Assembly: GCF_006345805.1 (NCBI RefSeq)
Contig: NC_043013.1
Span: 6,014,001 to 6,078,000 of the forward strand
Source: Octopus sinensis
Lineage: Eukaryota
DNA length: 64,000 nucleotides
Direction: 5' to 3'
Positions 14,325 through 27,519 of this stretch are shown piece after piece. Position 1 is the first letter of the stretch; the number at the start of each line of letters is the position of its first letter. Made by a program: the position numbers and the translations under genes. The notes below the pieces were generated by a model that was given only the letters and a program-made list of their open reading frames with translations, was not told the DNA's origin and made no database searches.

Positions 14325-14925
14325 AGATTTGGTTCAAAACTAACAATTTGGAGGGAAGGGTGAAGTCGATTACATCGACGACCCAGTGCTCACCTGATGA
14401 AGTCGATCGGCGGTGACTGAACTCAGGAAGTAAAGCGCCCGAAGGAATACCACTAAGTATTTTTGTCCGACGCGCTAACAATTTTGCAAACTAATAGCAA
14501 ATCTTCCTTTCTACTATAGGCACAAGGCCTGGAATTTGGGTGCGAGGGTTAGTCAATCTCAGTACTCAACTGGTACTTATTTTATCGCCCCCGAATGGAT
14601 GAGAGGCAAAGTCAACCTCGGCGGAATTTGAACTCCAAACGTAAAACCAAAAGAAGTGCTGTTAAGCATCTCGTCCGGTGTGCTAACGATTCTGCTAGCT
14701 CGATGCCTTAACAATAATGGTTTCAAATTTTGGCACAAGGCCAGTAATTTCGGGGAGTGGAGTTAGGTCGATTATATCGACCTCCCAGCACTTATTTTAT
14801 CGACCCCGAAAGGATGAAGAGCAAAGTCAACCTCGGCGGTATTTGAACTCAGTACCCCCCAAAAAACTGACGAAATATCACTTAGCATTATGTCCCGAGT
14901 GCTAACTATTCTGTCACCTTGATAA
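14325..14925 (-). mobile_element. Three tandem SINE family B copies
   Basis: Three successive reverse-complement copies starting at about 14325, 14505 and 14720. Confidence 0.8.
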
Positions 14926-15029
14926 TAATAATTTTCCCTCTTATAAGCACAAGTCCTGAAATTTTGTGGATACGAGCAGTTGATTGTCATACAGGCACGT
15001 GCACACACACACAAAAGGTAATCTACCAT

Positions 15030-15290
15030 CATCATTGTTTAACGTCCATTTTCCATGCTAGCATGGGTTGGACGGTTCAACTGGGGTCTGGGAAGCCAGA
15101 AGGCTGCACCAGGCCCAGTCTGATCTGGCAGTGTTTCTACAGCTGGATGCCCTTCCTAACGCCAACCACTCCGTGCTTTTTACGTGCCACCTGCACAGGG
15201 GGCTAGACGTGGCTGGCAACGGCCACAATCGGATCTTGCTTTTTACGTGCCACCGGCCACGTTTGGATGGTTCCCTTACGTGTCACTGGC
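15030..15290 (-). mobile_element. RTE-tail SINE/LINE 3' fragment
   Basis: CATCATCATTGTTTAACGTCCATTTTCCATGCTAGCATGGGTTGGACGG...CAGCTGGATGCCCTTCCTAACGCCAACCACTCC. Confidence 0.85.
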
Positions 15291-15947
15291 ACTATAACAA
15301 ATAATACCAAAATAGAATAAGAAAAAGAAACTTAAAGAAAAGTAAAGTCAAGTTTAAAGATTCTCATCATTGTCGTTTAACACTCGCTGGCATGGCCGAA
15401 GAATAGAAAAAAATAACCGGAAAATTGAAAACTTGTAATAAATGTCAAAATATGTCTTAAGTAATAAAGTAAGTGTCAAACTGAAAAACTGCTGAATTAA
15501 AGGCATGAACAGACAGTCTTGAGACAAAAAAAAGTACTCAATACTCAAAGGTGAGCAAATATGTAAGAAGTTTACTATTGGATGTTTCACAATATAATCT
15601 TGTTCAGGTCTTTCTTGAGGTGAATAACGAGGCCCATAGCTCAGTGGTTAGGATATTCGGCTCATGTTTATAAGGTTGTCAGTTTGATTCCAAGTGTTAT
15701 GTTGTGTTCTTGAGCAAGACACTTTATTTCACTTTGCTCCAGTCCATACAGCTGGCAAAAATGAGTTGTACTTGTAATTCAAAGGGGCCAGCCTTGTCAC
15801 ATTCTTTGGCGCTGGATCTCCCTGAGAACTACTTTAAGGGTACCTGAGTCTGTGAATTACTCAGCATTTTAATTTCACAAACAGGTTGTTGGGTTTATTG
15901 GATCAACTGTAACCCTCATCATTGTAACTGACAGAGTCCCAATCATT

Positions 15948-15991
<44 letters not shown>

Positions 15992-16121
15992 AATTGTGAT
16001 GAACCCTAACCTTGAACCCCACCAAATGATTACCTGGAATTCTTCACTAATTTTAGAAATATTTTTAGCCTGGTATTCCAGCAGAGAGCTTATGAAGTAT
16101 TTTTCCCAGATTGATATATAT

Positions 16122-16229
<108 letters not shown>

Positions 16230-16800
16230 GCACAGGCATTGGTGTATGGTAAGAAGGCGTTGAGCTGGCAGAATCTTTAGCAGTATTTTGTCTGCTGCTA
16301 CGTTCTGAGTTCAAATTCCAGCGAGCTCGACTTTGCCTTTCATCCTTTCGGGGGTCGCTAAGTTAAGTACCAGTTACACACTGGGGTCAATGTAATTGAC
16401 TTAATCTCTTTGTCTGTTCTTGTCCACTCTATGTTCTAGCCCCTTGTGGGCAATAAAGAAATAAGAAGTTTGTTTCCCAGTGACATGGTTCCAGGTTCAG
16501 TCCCACCAATTGGCATCTTGGGCAAGTGTACTCTACTATAGCCTCAGGCTGACCAAAGCCTTGTGAGTGGATTTGGCAGATGGAAATGAACTGGTTTAAT
16601 ACCACTGAAAAATTTTCCGTGTTACAATTACTCCAGCCATAATGAATAAACAACAAGTGAAATAACTTGTTTGGTAGTGTGGAGTTACTCGTGAATTTAG
16701 TGAAAGTTTGCAACAGAAATTGAAAAATGGAATAAATGTGAAGGGAACAACCAATAGAAAGTGTTATTAAGTTGTATGACCTGATGATAGTAGACTTGAA

Positions 16801-17030
16801 AGGCAGCGAGCTGGCAGAAATGTCAGCACGCCGGGCGAAATGCTTAGCGGTATTGCGTCTGTTGTTGCGTTCTGAGTTCAAATTCCGCCGAGGTCGACTT
16901 TGCCTTTCATCCTTTCGGGGTCGATAAATTAAGTACCAGTTACGCACTGGGGTCAATGTAATCGACTTAATACCTATGTCTGTCCTTGTTTGTCCTCTCT
17001 ATGTTTAGCCCCTTGTGGGCAATAAAGAAA
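16801..17030 (+). mobile_element. tRNA-derived SINE family B (Deu/Nin-like central domain)
   Basis: GGCAGCGAGCTGGCAGAA head, GAGTTCAAATTCC B box, GCCTTTCATCCTTTCGGGGTCGATAAATTAAGTACCAG domain, AATAAAGAAA tail. Confidence 0.9.
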
Positions 17031-17904
17031 CAGATAGTAGACTTGAATAATTTTTTTTTTATTTAGCCCTGCTTCTTTTGAGGTATTGTTCATCATAAAT
17101 TGGGACCAGACCCAGTGAAAAGCTAGTTGAGAAAACAGCCATAATATATTAGACTAAAAATCTGATTGAAAGAAATCTGGAATAAATGAGAGAGAGTAAA
17201 ATGGACCTATATATATATACATATATATATATGTATATATATATCTAAGTTGCTTAGATTTATCTAGAAACTCCTGTCAGTCTACTTCCTATATAAACCC
17301 TTCATATAAACACTCTTTCACATAATGTTAAGAGCAGAACGTCTTAATCTTAAATTGTGTGCTTAGCATGGTTTTATACTTGCCACGCATTTTGAAACTT
17401 ATATATTTTAAGCCTTTTGCTATTATGTACTGTTTTACTTGTGCATAATTGTCGTTGTTTTGTACTTGATTTTCAATGAAAATCTGTGGTGTGATGTATA
17501 CATAAGTAAATACAGCATACATGGTAAGAACCTTGCTTCCCAACCACATGATTCTGAGTTCAATCCCACTGCATGGCACCTTGGGGATTTGGTAGATGGA
17601 TACTGAAAAAAAGCTTGTTGTATGAATATAAATCTCTCTCTCTCTCTCTCCCTCTTTATATACATACAAGCAAAACGCCCCCTGTCCAATAGATAGTGCT
17701 GAGTTGTCAAACATTTAAACCAAATTTTCTCAAAACAGCTTGTCCGACCATCCCATAGGCCTTCCCTTTGAGAAGCACTGATTTAATGGATTTTATATAA
17801 CTGCACGTGCATTTTACTCGCGTACGCATTGTATCAGTTGCAAAAGCTGATGTACTTGCGTGTACAAATGCACGTTCCCACAGCTTTGTCGATCACATTC
17901 TCAC

Positions 17905-18055
17905 CTGGAATCGATTTTTGTAATTTTTTCAAGACTTATACACACCCTGATACCGTCGGTATCTGCATATCAAATTTGAGCGCAATCGGATAGAGGATGC
18001 CCAAGATCCTAGAAGACACACACACACACAGACAGAACGGATTTTATATAATAGA
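17905..18055 (-). mobile_element. Helitron-like 5' end fragment
   Basis: Minus strand a|TCTATTATATAAAATCCGTTCTGTCTGTGTG...CCGATTGCGCTCAAATTTG; same architecture as the 60919 end; no 3' end found. Confidence 0.5.
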
Positions 18056-18060
18056 TGAGC

Positions 18061-18430
18061 AGCTGTGTGGTAAGTAGCTTGCTTACCAACCACATGGCTC
18101 TGGGTTCAGTCCCACTGCGTGGCACCTTGGGCAAGTGTCTTTTACTATAGCTTCGGGCTGACCAAAGCCTTGTGAGTGGATTTGGTAGACAGAAACTGAA
18201 AGAAGCCCATTGTATATATGTATATATATGTGTGTTTGTCCCCCCCAACATCACTTGACAACCGATGCTAGTGTGAATACGTCCCCGTAACTTAGCTGTT
18301 CGGCAAAAGGGAACGATAGAATAAGTACTAGGCTTACCAATAGAAAAAAGTCCTGGGGTTGATTTGCTCGACTAAAGATGGTGCTCCAGCATGGCCACAG
18401 TCAAATGACTGAAACAAGTAAAAGAGTAAA
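18061..18430 (+). mobile_element. tRNA-derived SINE family A
   Basis: A box GCTGTGTGGTAAG, B box GGGTTCAGTCCC, CCTTGGGCAAGTG core, tail GACTGAAACAAGTAAAAGAG. Confidence 0.9.
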
Positions 18431-18858
18431 CATATATATATGTATAGACACACACACACACACATATGGTTATGAATCTGTTTTGCAAGATTCCTGATGT
18501 GAAACTTTTTGTTGAAACATATTGTTGTTTTGGGATGGTCATTTTTTTTTTCCAAATAAACACTTGCACTGTATAATCATTCTTCACTCATTTAATATTG
18601 TTCTTCCATCCTTGTGTATGCCCCTGCTCTACTTAGTCCTTAGTCCATTGGACTAAGTGGAGCAGGAGCATACACGTGGACGGAAAGTGTCACTCAAGAG
18701 GTCACAGATGTGTGATGAAAGATTTCCTGACAATGGGCCAAGTTAAAATAAGAACAGTAAATATATGTGTGTAGAATGAATATATAAGGCACGTTTGTGT
18801 TTGGCGAAGAAAAGAAAAAAATAATGACCATCCTGAAATATATATATATATATATATA

Positions 18859-19087
18859 CTTTATTTAAAAGCAGCAGAAAATTCAACAAAACCTGTTACT
18901 CTGAGTTTCATGTTCCCGTTTGTCGGACAGTTTTTGCTAGAAAAAACTGTCTGATGAATGGGAACGTGAAACTCAGAGTAACAGCTTTTGTTATATTTCT
19001 GCTGCTTTTAAATAAAGCATATTACTCTACCCCTGGTATTTGAGTACTCTTTTTCCCACCTTGTTTCACATTTATGTGTTTACTCCA

Positions 19088-19090
<3 letters not shown>
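18859..19090. mobile_element. Penelope-like pLTR fragment with an inverted duplicated arm (159-bp palindrome 18859-19017), inside (TA)n
   Basis: Left arm 18859-18935 is the near-perfect reverse complement of 18941-19017. The same family recurs at 28200-28355 and 11017-11095. Confidence 0.65.
18942..18989 (+). ncRNA. Minimal type I hammerhead ribozyme fold (Penelope pLTR-like repeat)
   Basis: Stem I AAAA-a-CTGT / ACAG-c-TTTT; core CTGATGA (18951-18957); stem II ATG-GGAA-CGT; GAAA; near-palindromic stem III ACTCAGAGT; cleavage triplet GTA (18978-18980). Confidence 0.75.
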
Positions 19091-19124
<34 letters not shown>

Positions 19125-20762
19125 ATTAGAGGAAAAATCAAAACCCAAAGCAGAACAAGTATCTCGAGTCATTTAGAATAATTTAATTAGGGTAAGGTGA
19201 ATTTGAAGAATGGGAAAGTCCTTGATGTTTCAAGTGTATGTTCTCTGTCAGAAAGGACTGAGAGGGAAAAAAATGGAGTGAGAACAGAAAAAAAAAAAGA
19301 AGATGGACAAGGAAAAAATGTGTAGGGATTAGCGGTTGAACCTGACGAATATATATATATATATATATATAAACTCAGCCTAACTGTACTCATCATCATC
19401 ATCATTACTTAACATCCATTATCTATGCTGGCTTGGGTTAGACAGTTTGACAGGGGCTGGCTAACCAGAGAGCGACACAAGGTTCCCAAATCCGCTGTGT
19501 ATATTTCATCCATTGCCTGATATAGCATCATTACCTAACCGTCAATACACACACGTGAGAGTGTGTGTGTGTTATTGTCTCCTTGACTTCATGCAAGCTG
19601 TGTCTTTCATTTTCAAAATTCCGTGAAAACATGAATTGTCATGTGAGGAATATACCTGACATGTAAGCGAGTGAGGGTTTGTGGCAGGCTGTAGAAAATC
19701 CACCCCCGCAAATTCCATTCCACCTATGTGAGTATGGAAAATATAAAACATCAAAAATGATAAGAAATTATACATCCTGAAAAACATGTACATTACAGTA
19801 TTATATCCAATAGATTCACTTTAAATCTCTGTCTAACACGTGTTTCTGCTGCATAAATATACTAGGATGTGATATTCCATTGCATCCTGTTGGTTTAATT
19901 GCATTCTAAGTTCATCCAGGGTATACATATCCCTGTAGCTTTATGCAAGGTGTTACCACTATAGAGTTTTGAAGCAAACTCTATGTGTGTACACACACAC
20001 ATATATATATATACATATATACATACACACGTATATGTAAATATGTATATACACACATGTATGTGTATAATTATATAAAATGGCTGAGTTATATATGACG
20101 TTAAATTAAAATAATTTGTTACAGATGGCCATATGTTTTGCCCCCAAAACAAGCTTTTCAAAGTAATGAAGTATTTGGTTCAGCTATCAGAATTTATAAT
20201 TTGCTGACGGAATTGCCAATTTGAAGAAACAAGTGTTCTAAAAATAGATTCAGAAGATAATGGAATTTTACATTATCTTGAGTTGAAAGAGGGGAGGAGA
20301 GCATCACAGGAAGGGAGATAATAGTAAGAGAGTTGTGGGGCTTTGGAGCCAATCTGGTTTTTATTAATTCCAAGGACACAGAATTTAATAGCCGGGGAAG
20401 GCATTTGTCCCTAAATTTCAACAGATTATATAACTCCCTAATCATTTCAGAACCTCATTAATTAGTTATATTTTCTTTGTTCCCAGTTATAATTTATGTA
20501 GGTCCCTTTTGTTGAAAGGATATTTTAAACTCTGATGTTGTTTTGTCTATACCTAAGATTTCTGTGTATTGTTTTAATAATTATTTTAACTACCCTGTAG
20601 GCACAGGCATGGGTGTGTGGTTAAGAAGTCCACTTTGCCTCCACTTGGTTTCAGGTTCAGTCCCACTGCATGGCACAGCAGGCAAGTGTCTTCTACCATA
20701 GCCCTGGGTCAGCCAATGCCTTATGGATGAATGTGGCCGATGGAAATTGTTTGGAAGGCCAT

Positions 20763-20795
<33 letters not shown>

Positions 20796-21569
20796 ACATT
20801 TGTCCTCCACTCTCTTACCGCTTGATAACTGGTGTTGGTTTGATTACATCCTCGTAACTTAGTGATTTCATCAAAGGAGACTGATAGACTAAGTACCAGA
20901 TTAAAAAAAAGGGAACCATTGAGTACTTCTGGGGTCAATTTGTTGAACTGAAACCCTTCAAGGCAGTGCCCCAGTATTGTCACCGGACCCTAATTTCCCT
21001 TCACTCTGTGAGTCACTTTTACTTCCTTCTCCTTCATTTCTAATGCTTTCTTTTGTCTTTCTGTTGTTTCTCTGGCTTTTATCTCCCCCCCCCTTCTCAG
21101 TTTCCCTTTCTTTGTCTTCTTCTCATCCACAACATTAATTTCTCTTTCTTTTATGTGTTTGTTGTTAATGCTTTCTCTCCTCTCTTCTTTTATATCTTGC
21201 TTTCATCTCGGCTCTTCTAAGTCTGTCTTTGTTCACCTTCTTTACTCCCCCCCCCCACACTCTTGCATGCACATTATTTCCAAGAGGTAGCAAATTGGTA
21301 GAGTTGTTAGAGCGTCATGCAGAATGATTGGTAGTATTTATTCCGGTGCCTTGCATTCTGAGTTCAAATCTCTGTTGAGGTAAACTTTTCTCTTTATTCT
21401 TCTGGAGATAACAAATTAAGCACCATTCTTGGATGGCTGATTGGCAGAAACATTGGAATGTCAGACACGATGTCTTGTGATATTTGTTCCAGCTCTTTAT
21501 GTTCAGAATGTCTAAAGTTAAAATCTTATTGTGGCCTTCTTGAATAGTAGACATAATTTGTCACAGGGT

Positions 21570-21810
21570 TTAACTCTCTAGCATTTAAACTGATCATATC
21601 TGGTCCAAATATTCTACATGTTTCTTTAAGGTTCAAACTGGCCAGATCTGTCATCTCACAGTGTTGACCTACCCTACAATGTCATTCTAAAAAAAATACG
21701 TAATTGCATTGTTGGAATCTCAAGGCTATGAGATAATCCATGATTAATTCAAAGCAATGTGAATAAATAAGCATTATAGTTGACAGACTAATCTGAATAC
21801 TAAAGGGTTA
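21570..21810. mobile_element. Second TTAA-type MITE family (also about 23672-23870 and 49885-50095)
   Basis: TTAAC(T/C)CT(C/T)TAGCATTTAAAC...CTAAAGGGTTA; shared internal CCAAATATTCTAC...ACCCTACAATGTCATT...AATAAATAAGCATT. Confidence 0.6.
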
Positions 21811-22773
21811 CCAAACATCATTTGGTCCTTACACCCAACGACCAGATAGTGTTTAGAAACCTTCAAGCCAGGTGACCAGTTTGACAATCCCTTCCTCCCT
21901 CTTTCCCTTTCTCTCACTAGTCTTGGAGTCCATTCTTTCTTAAATGAAAATACAAAAAGAAAGGGAAGTAGCTGCTGACCTCTTGGGTTGTTAAAATATT
22001 TTAATATTTTCTTCAAAATTTCTTATCTTTTCCAGGAATGTAGCTTCTTCATTTTGCTGTTATCTTATTTGAATGTTTATTTGATTATTAATTAAGGTTT
22101 TAGCCTTTAATTATAGATTCATCATCAGCATAATTTAATGTTCACTTTTCCAACTTGCATGAGTCAAACAGAATTTGTTAAGGCAGATTTAAAAAAATAT
22201 TTTTTGGGTGCTCTTCCTGCACCAACCCATACCCATTTCCAAGTAGGGTAATCTTTCCGTTTGGTTAGATGGGGTTTTTCACAGAAGACTGCAAAGAGAA
22301 TGATGTTGCTTATGTGGTGATCTCATTCATTTACAGCTGTCACATGTTGTCATGGCAAGGACATCAACACACACACACACACAGAGGATGGACTTTTTTC
22401 AGTTTCTATTTACCAAATCCATTCACAAGGCCTTGATCGCCCAGGGCTATACTCGAAGACACTTACCCAAGGTACCATGCTGTGGGACTGAACCTGAAAC
22501 CACGTGGTTGTTGCAAACTCATATTGTGCATGGAAAAGTTGATACAAAACTTATAATAGAAAATCTATATGGAAGATTCTTATCAGAAAGCGTTTTAAAT
22601 TATGTAACATGTCTGTTGTTATTAGACAAATTAAATGAATGGTCAAGGAGAATATGTTTATTATCAAAATATATTTTGAACATGGTTATTGTATTGGCCA
22701 ATCAGCTGTTTCATAAATAATGCATGACTGATAAGTATGTTGTAATCCTAAAGTCGTTAAAGAAATTTAAATA

Positions 22774-23180
22774 GGCGCAGGAGTGGCTGTGTGGTAAGTA
22801 GCTTGCTTATGAACCACATGTTTCCAGGTCCAGTCCCATTGCGTGGCACCTTGGGCAAGTGTCTTCTATTATAGCCTCAAGCCGACCAAAGCCTTGTGAG
22901 TGGATTTGGCAGATGGAAACTGAAAGAAGCCTGTTGTATGTGTGTATATATGTGTGTGTATATATGTTTGTGTGTCTGTGTTTGTCCCCCCAACATCGCT
23001 TGACAACCAACGCTGGTGTGTTTACGTCGCCGTAACTTAGTGGTTCGGCAAAAAGAACTGATAGAATAAGTACTCGGCTTACAGAGAATAAATCCTGGGG
23101 TCGATTCGACTAAAGGCGGTGCTCCAGCATGGCCACAGTCAAATGACTGAAACAAGTAAAAAAGTAAAAAGAGTAAAAAA
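22774..23180 (+). mobile_element. tRNA-derived SINE family A, full length
   Basis: Head GGCGCAGGAGTGGCTGTGTGGTAAG through an (AAAGAGTA)-type tail. Confidence 0.9.
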
Positions 23181-23204
23181 ATTGGCAAAGCATATCTTTT
23201 TATT

Positions 23205-23570
23205 TTTTAGATGTTTCAGTTATTTGACTTCGGCCATGCTGGAGCACTGCCTTGAACGGTTTCACTGAAACAAATTGACTCCAGGACATTTTTGTTAAAG
23301 CCTACTTCTAATTCTATTAGTCTATTTTGCCGAACTGCTAAGTTACAGAAATATAAACACACCAGCACTGATTGTCAAGTGGTGGTGGGTGTCAAACACC
23401 AACACAAAGACACACACATAGATATATACGTATATATACAACAGGCTTCTTTCAGTTTCCATCTACCAAATCCACTCACAAGTCTTTGGTTGGCTACAGT
23501 AGAAGACATTTTCCCAAGCTGTCACGCAGAGGGACTGAACCTGGAACCATTGTGGTTGGGTAGCGAGTTT
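23205..23570 (-). mobile_element. SINE family A, tail-to-tail with the 22774 copy
   Basis: Reverse complement of family A blocks. Confidence 0.8.
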
Positions 23571-24319
23571 CTTGGCTGTTACAGACCCCACATTTGTTTA
23601 TTCCTCTACACTGTTTACTTTGAATTTTGCTGGAAAGCTCTTCACCATCCAGTCAATTAACCATCTTTATTTAATCCTTTAGCATTTCAACTGGCTGTAT
23701 CTGGCCCAAATATTCTACATATTTTGTGTTCAAACCAACCAGATCCAGCCTCTCACACCTACCCTAAAATGTCATTCTCAAAATATGCAATCCCATCATA
23801 GAAATTTCAAAGTGACGAGATAATGCATGATTAATTCAAAACAATGTGAATAAATAAGCATTACATTTGGCAGGGTGAAGTGGTAGCCATCCAATCTCTT
23901 CCCATACATATCATAGCATTACACCTGACGTCTTCTCTGATATATTTTTAGAACTGACTGTTTCTTTCAAATTTTGTCCCTCTTCTCACTGTTTCTGCCA
24001 ATTACCTTTGTGTTGTTATATATTAGATATTGTATCAATCTCGCCTCTAAACTCTTCTCTAATATGCTTGCATTTAACAAGCTGAAGAGGACCAGCCTTG
24101 AGAATAATTTTCCCTGGTTTGGTTGTCGTACATTTAAACTATGATAATTTATTCATGATGGCTGCACCTGTGTAAAATATGCATTCACATGGTTTAGCAT
24201 TTATAATAGCAGAGGGTTGTGATAACAAATGAAATTACCTGCACAAGGTTTCTTAGCCTTGTGTATAAGCTGCAAAAGTACTCTGACTCATTAAGGGTTG
24301 TTCTGCAACATCAGCAGCT

Positions 24320-24510
24320 ATGGAGGCGTAATGGCCCAGTGGTTAGGGCAGCGGACTTGCGGTCGTAAGACCGCAGGTTCTATTCCCAGGCTGGGTATTG
24401 TGAGTTTTTATTGAACAAAAACACTTAAGCTCCACGAAGCTCCAGCGGGGATGGTGGTGAACCCCACTGTACTCTTTCAGCACAACTTTCTCTCACTCTT
24501 TCTTCCTACT
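24320..24510 (+). mobile_element. tRNA-derived SINE family D, 5' part (also 25375-25620 + and 3' end 13573-13682 -)
   Basis: GGAGGCGTAATGGCCCAGTGGTTAGGGCAGCGGAC head; shared GCTTAGCCA.CGGGGTGGCGTCATTTGAAGGCTAAAACAATG block. Confidence 0.8.
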
Positions 24511-24829
24511 TCTGCCATGAAACAGAGGAACCACGGTGTAACCCACTATGGTGTGGTAAACTTTCAGACCCTAGTCTAGATTGCGAATCCTCTGTATCCC
24601 AGGATGGATCAGCTCTCCACCCGTTAAAAGCCACCATTTACGGAATGAGGATAACAACGTAACTTTTGCGCATGTGCAACCGCCAGTCTATCGCGTGTGG
24701 GGTGGGTGGATCTTCAAGTTGCCACACGCATTCTTAGTAGCTTAGAGTAGGCTCGAATTAGAGATTAATTCTTTGTGGCTAATGGCGTGAGTCCTGATTG
24801 GAAGAAGAAGAAGAAGAAGGAGGAAGACG

Positions 24830-25200
24830 TCTGCTGCCTTACAACAAGGATTATTTTCAACAATCTGCTTAACAGCCTGAAGGCACATGTTAGAAGAGGA
24901 CTCAAGTCAACTTGAGCTGGATGCTGTCGGTTCCTTTCCTTTGCTGGTGAATTGTACAATCACTCGATTGACTGTACCAAGGGGAATCCCATGCTTCTGT
25001 GTAATCTTACGCTGGATTTACCCTTAATGCATTCTCTTTGAAAACCAGAGAATACTTTTGCTTCTTGTGTCCACTGCATGGCTGGTTGCTATAAACAATT
25101 AAGAAACTGTAATCTGCAATGAAAAATAAGAACACATTAACAAGTTTGAAACAACAGGTTATGTCTGCACAGATAATACAGTATGATGAGAGGTGTCTAT
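24830..25200 (+). pseudogene. Very degenerate RTE-like RT fragment
   Basis: [29 protein letters not shown] resembles the RILLNR...QAGFR region of RTE RTs. Confidence 0.45.
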
Positions 25201-25242
25201 TTACTTTTGTGATGCTTATGTATATATGCACATAGACATGTG

Positions 25243-25286
<44 letters not shown>

Positions 25287-25322
25287 CTTGTATATATGTG
25301 TATATATATGTATATATATATG

Positions 25323-25362
<40 letters not shown>

Positions 25363-26645
25363 CATACATATATGTGGAGGTGCAATGGCCCAGTGGTTAG
25401 GGCAGTGGACTCGCGGTTTTGATTCCCAGACTGGGCGTTGTGAGTGTTTATTGAGCAAAAATACTTTAAAGCTCCACAAGACTCCAGCAGGGGGCGGTGG
25501 CGATCCCTGCTGTACTCTTTCCACACAACTTCCTCTCACTCTTTTTTCTGTTGGCCTGCTTGCTTAGCCAACGGGGTGGCGTCATTTGAAGGCTAAAACA
25601 ATGTGTAGCAACATCGATTCCTCTGTGGTGTTGTTTGGCATTTATAATAAAATATATACAAATTATAAAAACAATAAAAAAAAAATATACAGTACACACG
25701 GATTTCTACCTATTGTGGGGAGTTTTGGACAGTAACACCTGCGTTAGTCAAGGGATTACAGTATATATATTATATGTGGTTGGCCTTAGGAATGGCATCC
25801 AGCTGTAGAAACTCTGTCAGATCAAGATTGGAGCCTGGTGCAGCCATCTGGTTCGCCAGTCCTCAGTCAAATCGTCCAACCCATGCTAGCATGGAAAGTG
25901 GACGTTAAACGATGATGATGATGATATATATATATAAATATAGGATAATGGTACAATAATGCACCAATATTTACTAGAAATAACAGTTGATAATATACAA
26001 TGCTATAGTAAAGCTTTACTGTATATATTATGTATACTGGCAAAATGTTTGTGGGTGGCGAGCATAAAAAATTTTATCTTCTCTGTAGGAAGAAAGTTAA
26101 ATAAATGTACAACCCAGATGTGGATAATCTAGGACCTAGGTTTCAAACTTTCCAAATTGCGTTTGTTAACATAAATTTGATTAGTTCTGTTTGGCTAGAT
26201 TCACCTAGACTAAATTTCAAATGTCGCTACATGTATATATATATATACATAAACACACATACGTGTATATGTTTGATTATTGAGAAATAAGACATTAAAT
26301 GAAAACAGTTGAAGGTTGGCAACAGGTAGGGCATCCAGCTGTAGAAAATCTACCTCATGAAATTCCATCTGACCTAATGCAGGCATGAAAATATAAGATG
26401 TTAAATATTGGTTTCACAGTTTGGCTCAAGGCCAGCAACTTTGTGGGAAGGGGTAAGTCAGTTGCATCTACCCCCAGTACTCAACTGGTACTTATTTTAT
26501 TGGCCTCAAAAGGATAGAAATGCAAAGTTGATCTCAGTGGAATTTGAACTCTGAACGCAAAGACGGATGAAATGCTACTAAGCTCTTTGCCTAGTGTGCC
26601 AACGATGCTGCCAGCTCACTGCCTTCATAGACATTAAATACTCTC

Positions 26646-27050
26646 TCTTTAATCTTTTACATGTTTCAGTCATTTGACTGTGGCCATGCTGGAGCATCGC
26701 CTTTAATCGAGCAACTCAACCCCAGGACTTATTCTTTTGTAAGCCCAGTACTTATTCTATTGGTCTCCTTTGCCGAACTGCTAAGTAACGGGGACATAAA
26801 CACACCAGCATCGGTTGTCAAGCAATGCTAGGGGGACAAACACAAACACACAAACACACACATGCATATATATATATATATACATATGACGGGCTTCTTT
26901 CAGTTTCCGTCTACCAAATCCACTCACAAGGCTTTGGTCGGCCCGAGGCTATAGTAGAAGACACTTGCCCAAGGTGCCGCACAGTGGGACTGAACCCAGA
27001 ACCATGTGGTTGGTAAACAAGTTACTTACCACACAGGCACTCCTGCGCCT
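26646..27050 (-). mobile_element. SINE family A, full length
   Basis: Reverse complement, head ending ...CACTCCTGCGCCT. Confidence 0.9.
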
Positions 27051-27519
27051 ATATAGATGATGATGATGATAATATATTTATTTGTATATATTCATACAGA
27101 AGCAATTTAGGTTTCCTGCTCTTCAGTCTACAGCTGTGACCACCACTTGCAGTTTGCTTCTAGAGATACAGAAGGCTTTGCTACTCCTTACAATGTCCTA
27201 TCTCAGGTTCCGCCACTACAACGTGACAAGTGATTATACTCAATGTAAGAGGCCTTTGTCCAAGGCTTATTCTTCAAATGGGTGTGCTGATGGTTAATTG
27301 TGGAATATTGTCTTAATTTCAGTTCATGTGTAATTGATGTTTGCAATTTTTTACTGCATTAAAATAAATAGATGTATAAGACTTGCATACAACTCTTGCC
27401 TCCAATTCTATTTTCCTTGTGTGTGTGTGTGTGTGTGCATAAATCTGTCCTTGTTTCTTCGTGTCTGTCTTTCTATCATCTATCTGTCCGGATGTTGCAT
27501 TCTTGTTCAATCCTTTGGA

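Noticed and set aside
24325-24400. tRNA-like sequences here and at other SINE heads
   Set aside because: No complete cloverleaf or acceptor stem; they continue into SINE bodies, so they are SINE heads and not tRNA genes.
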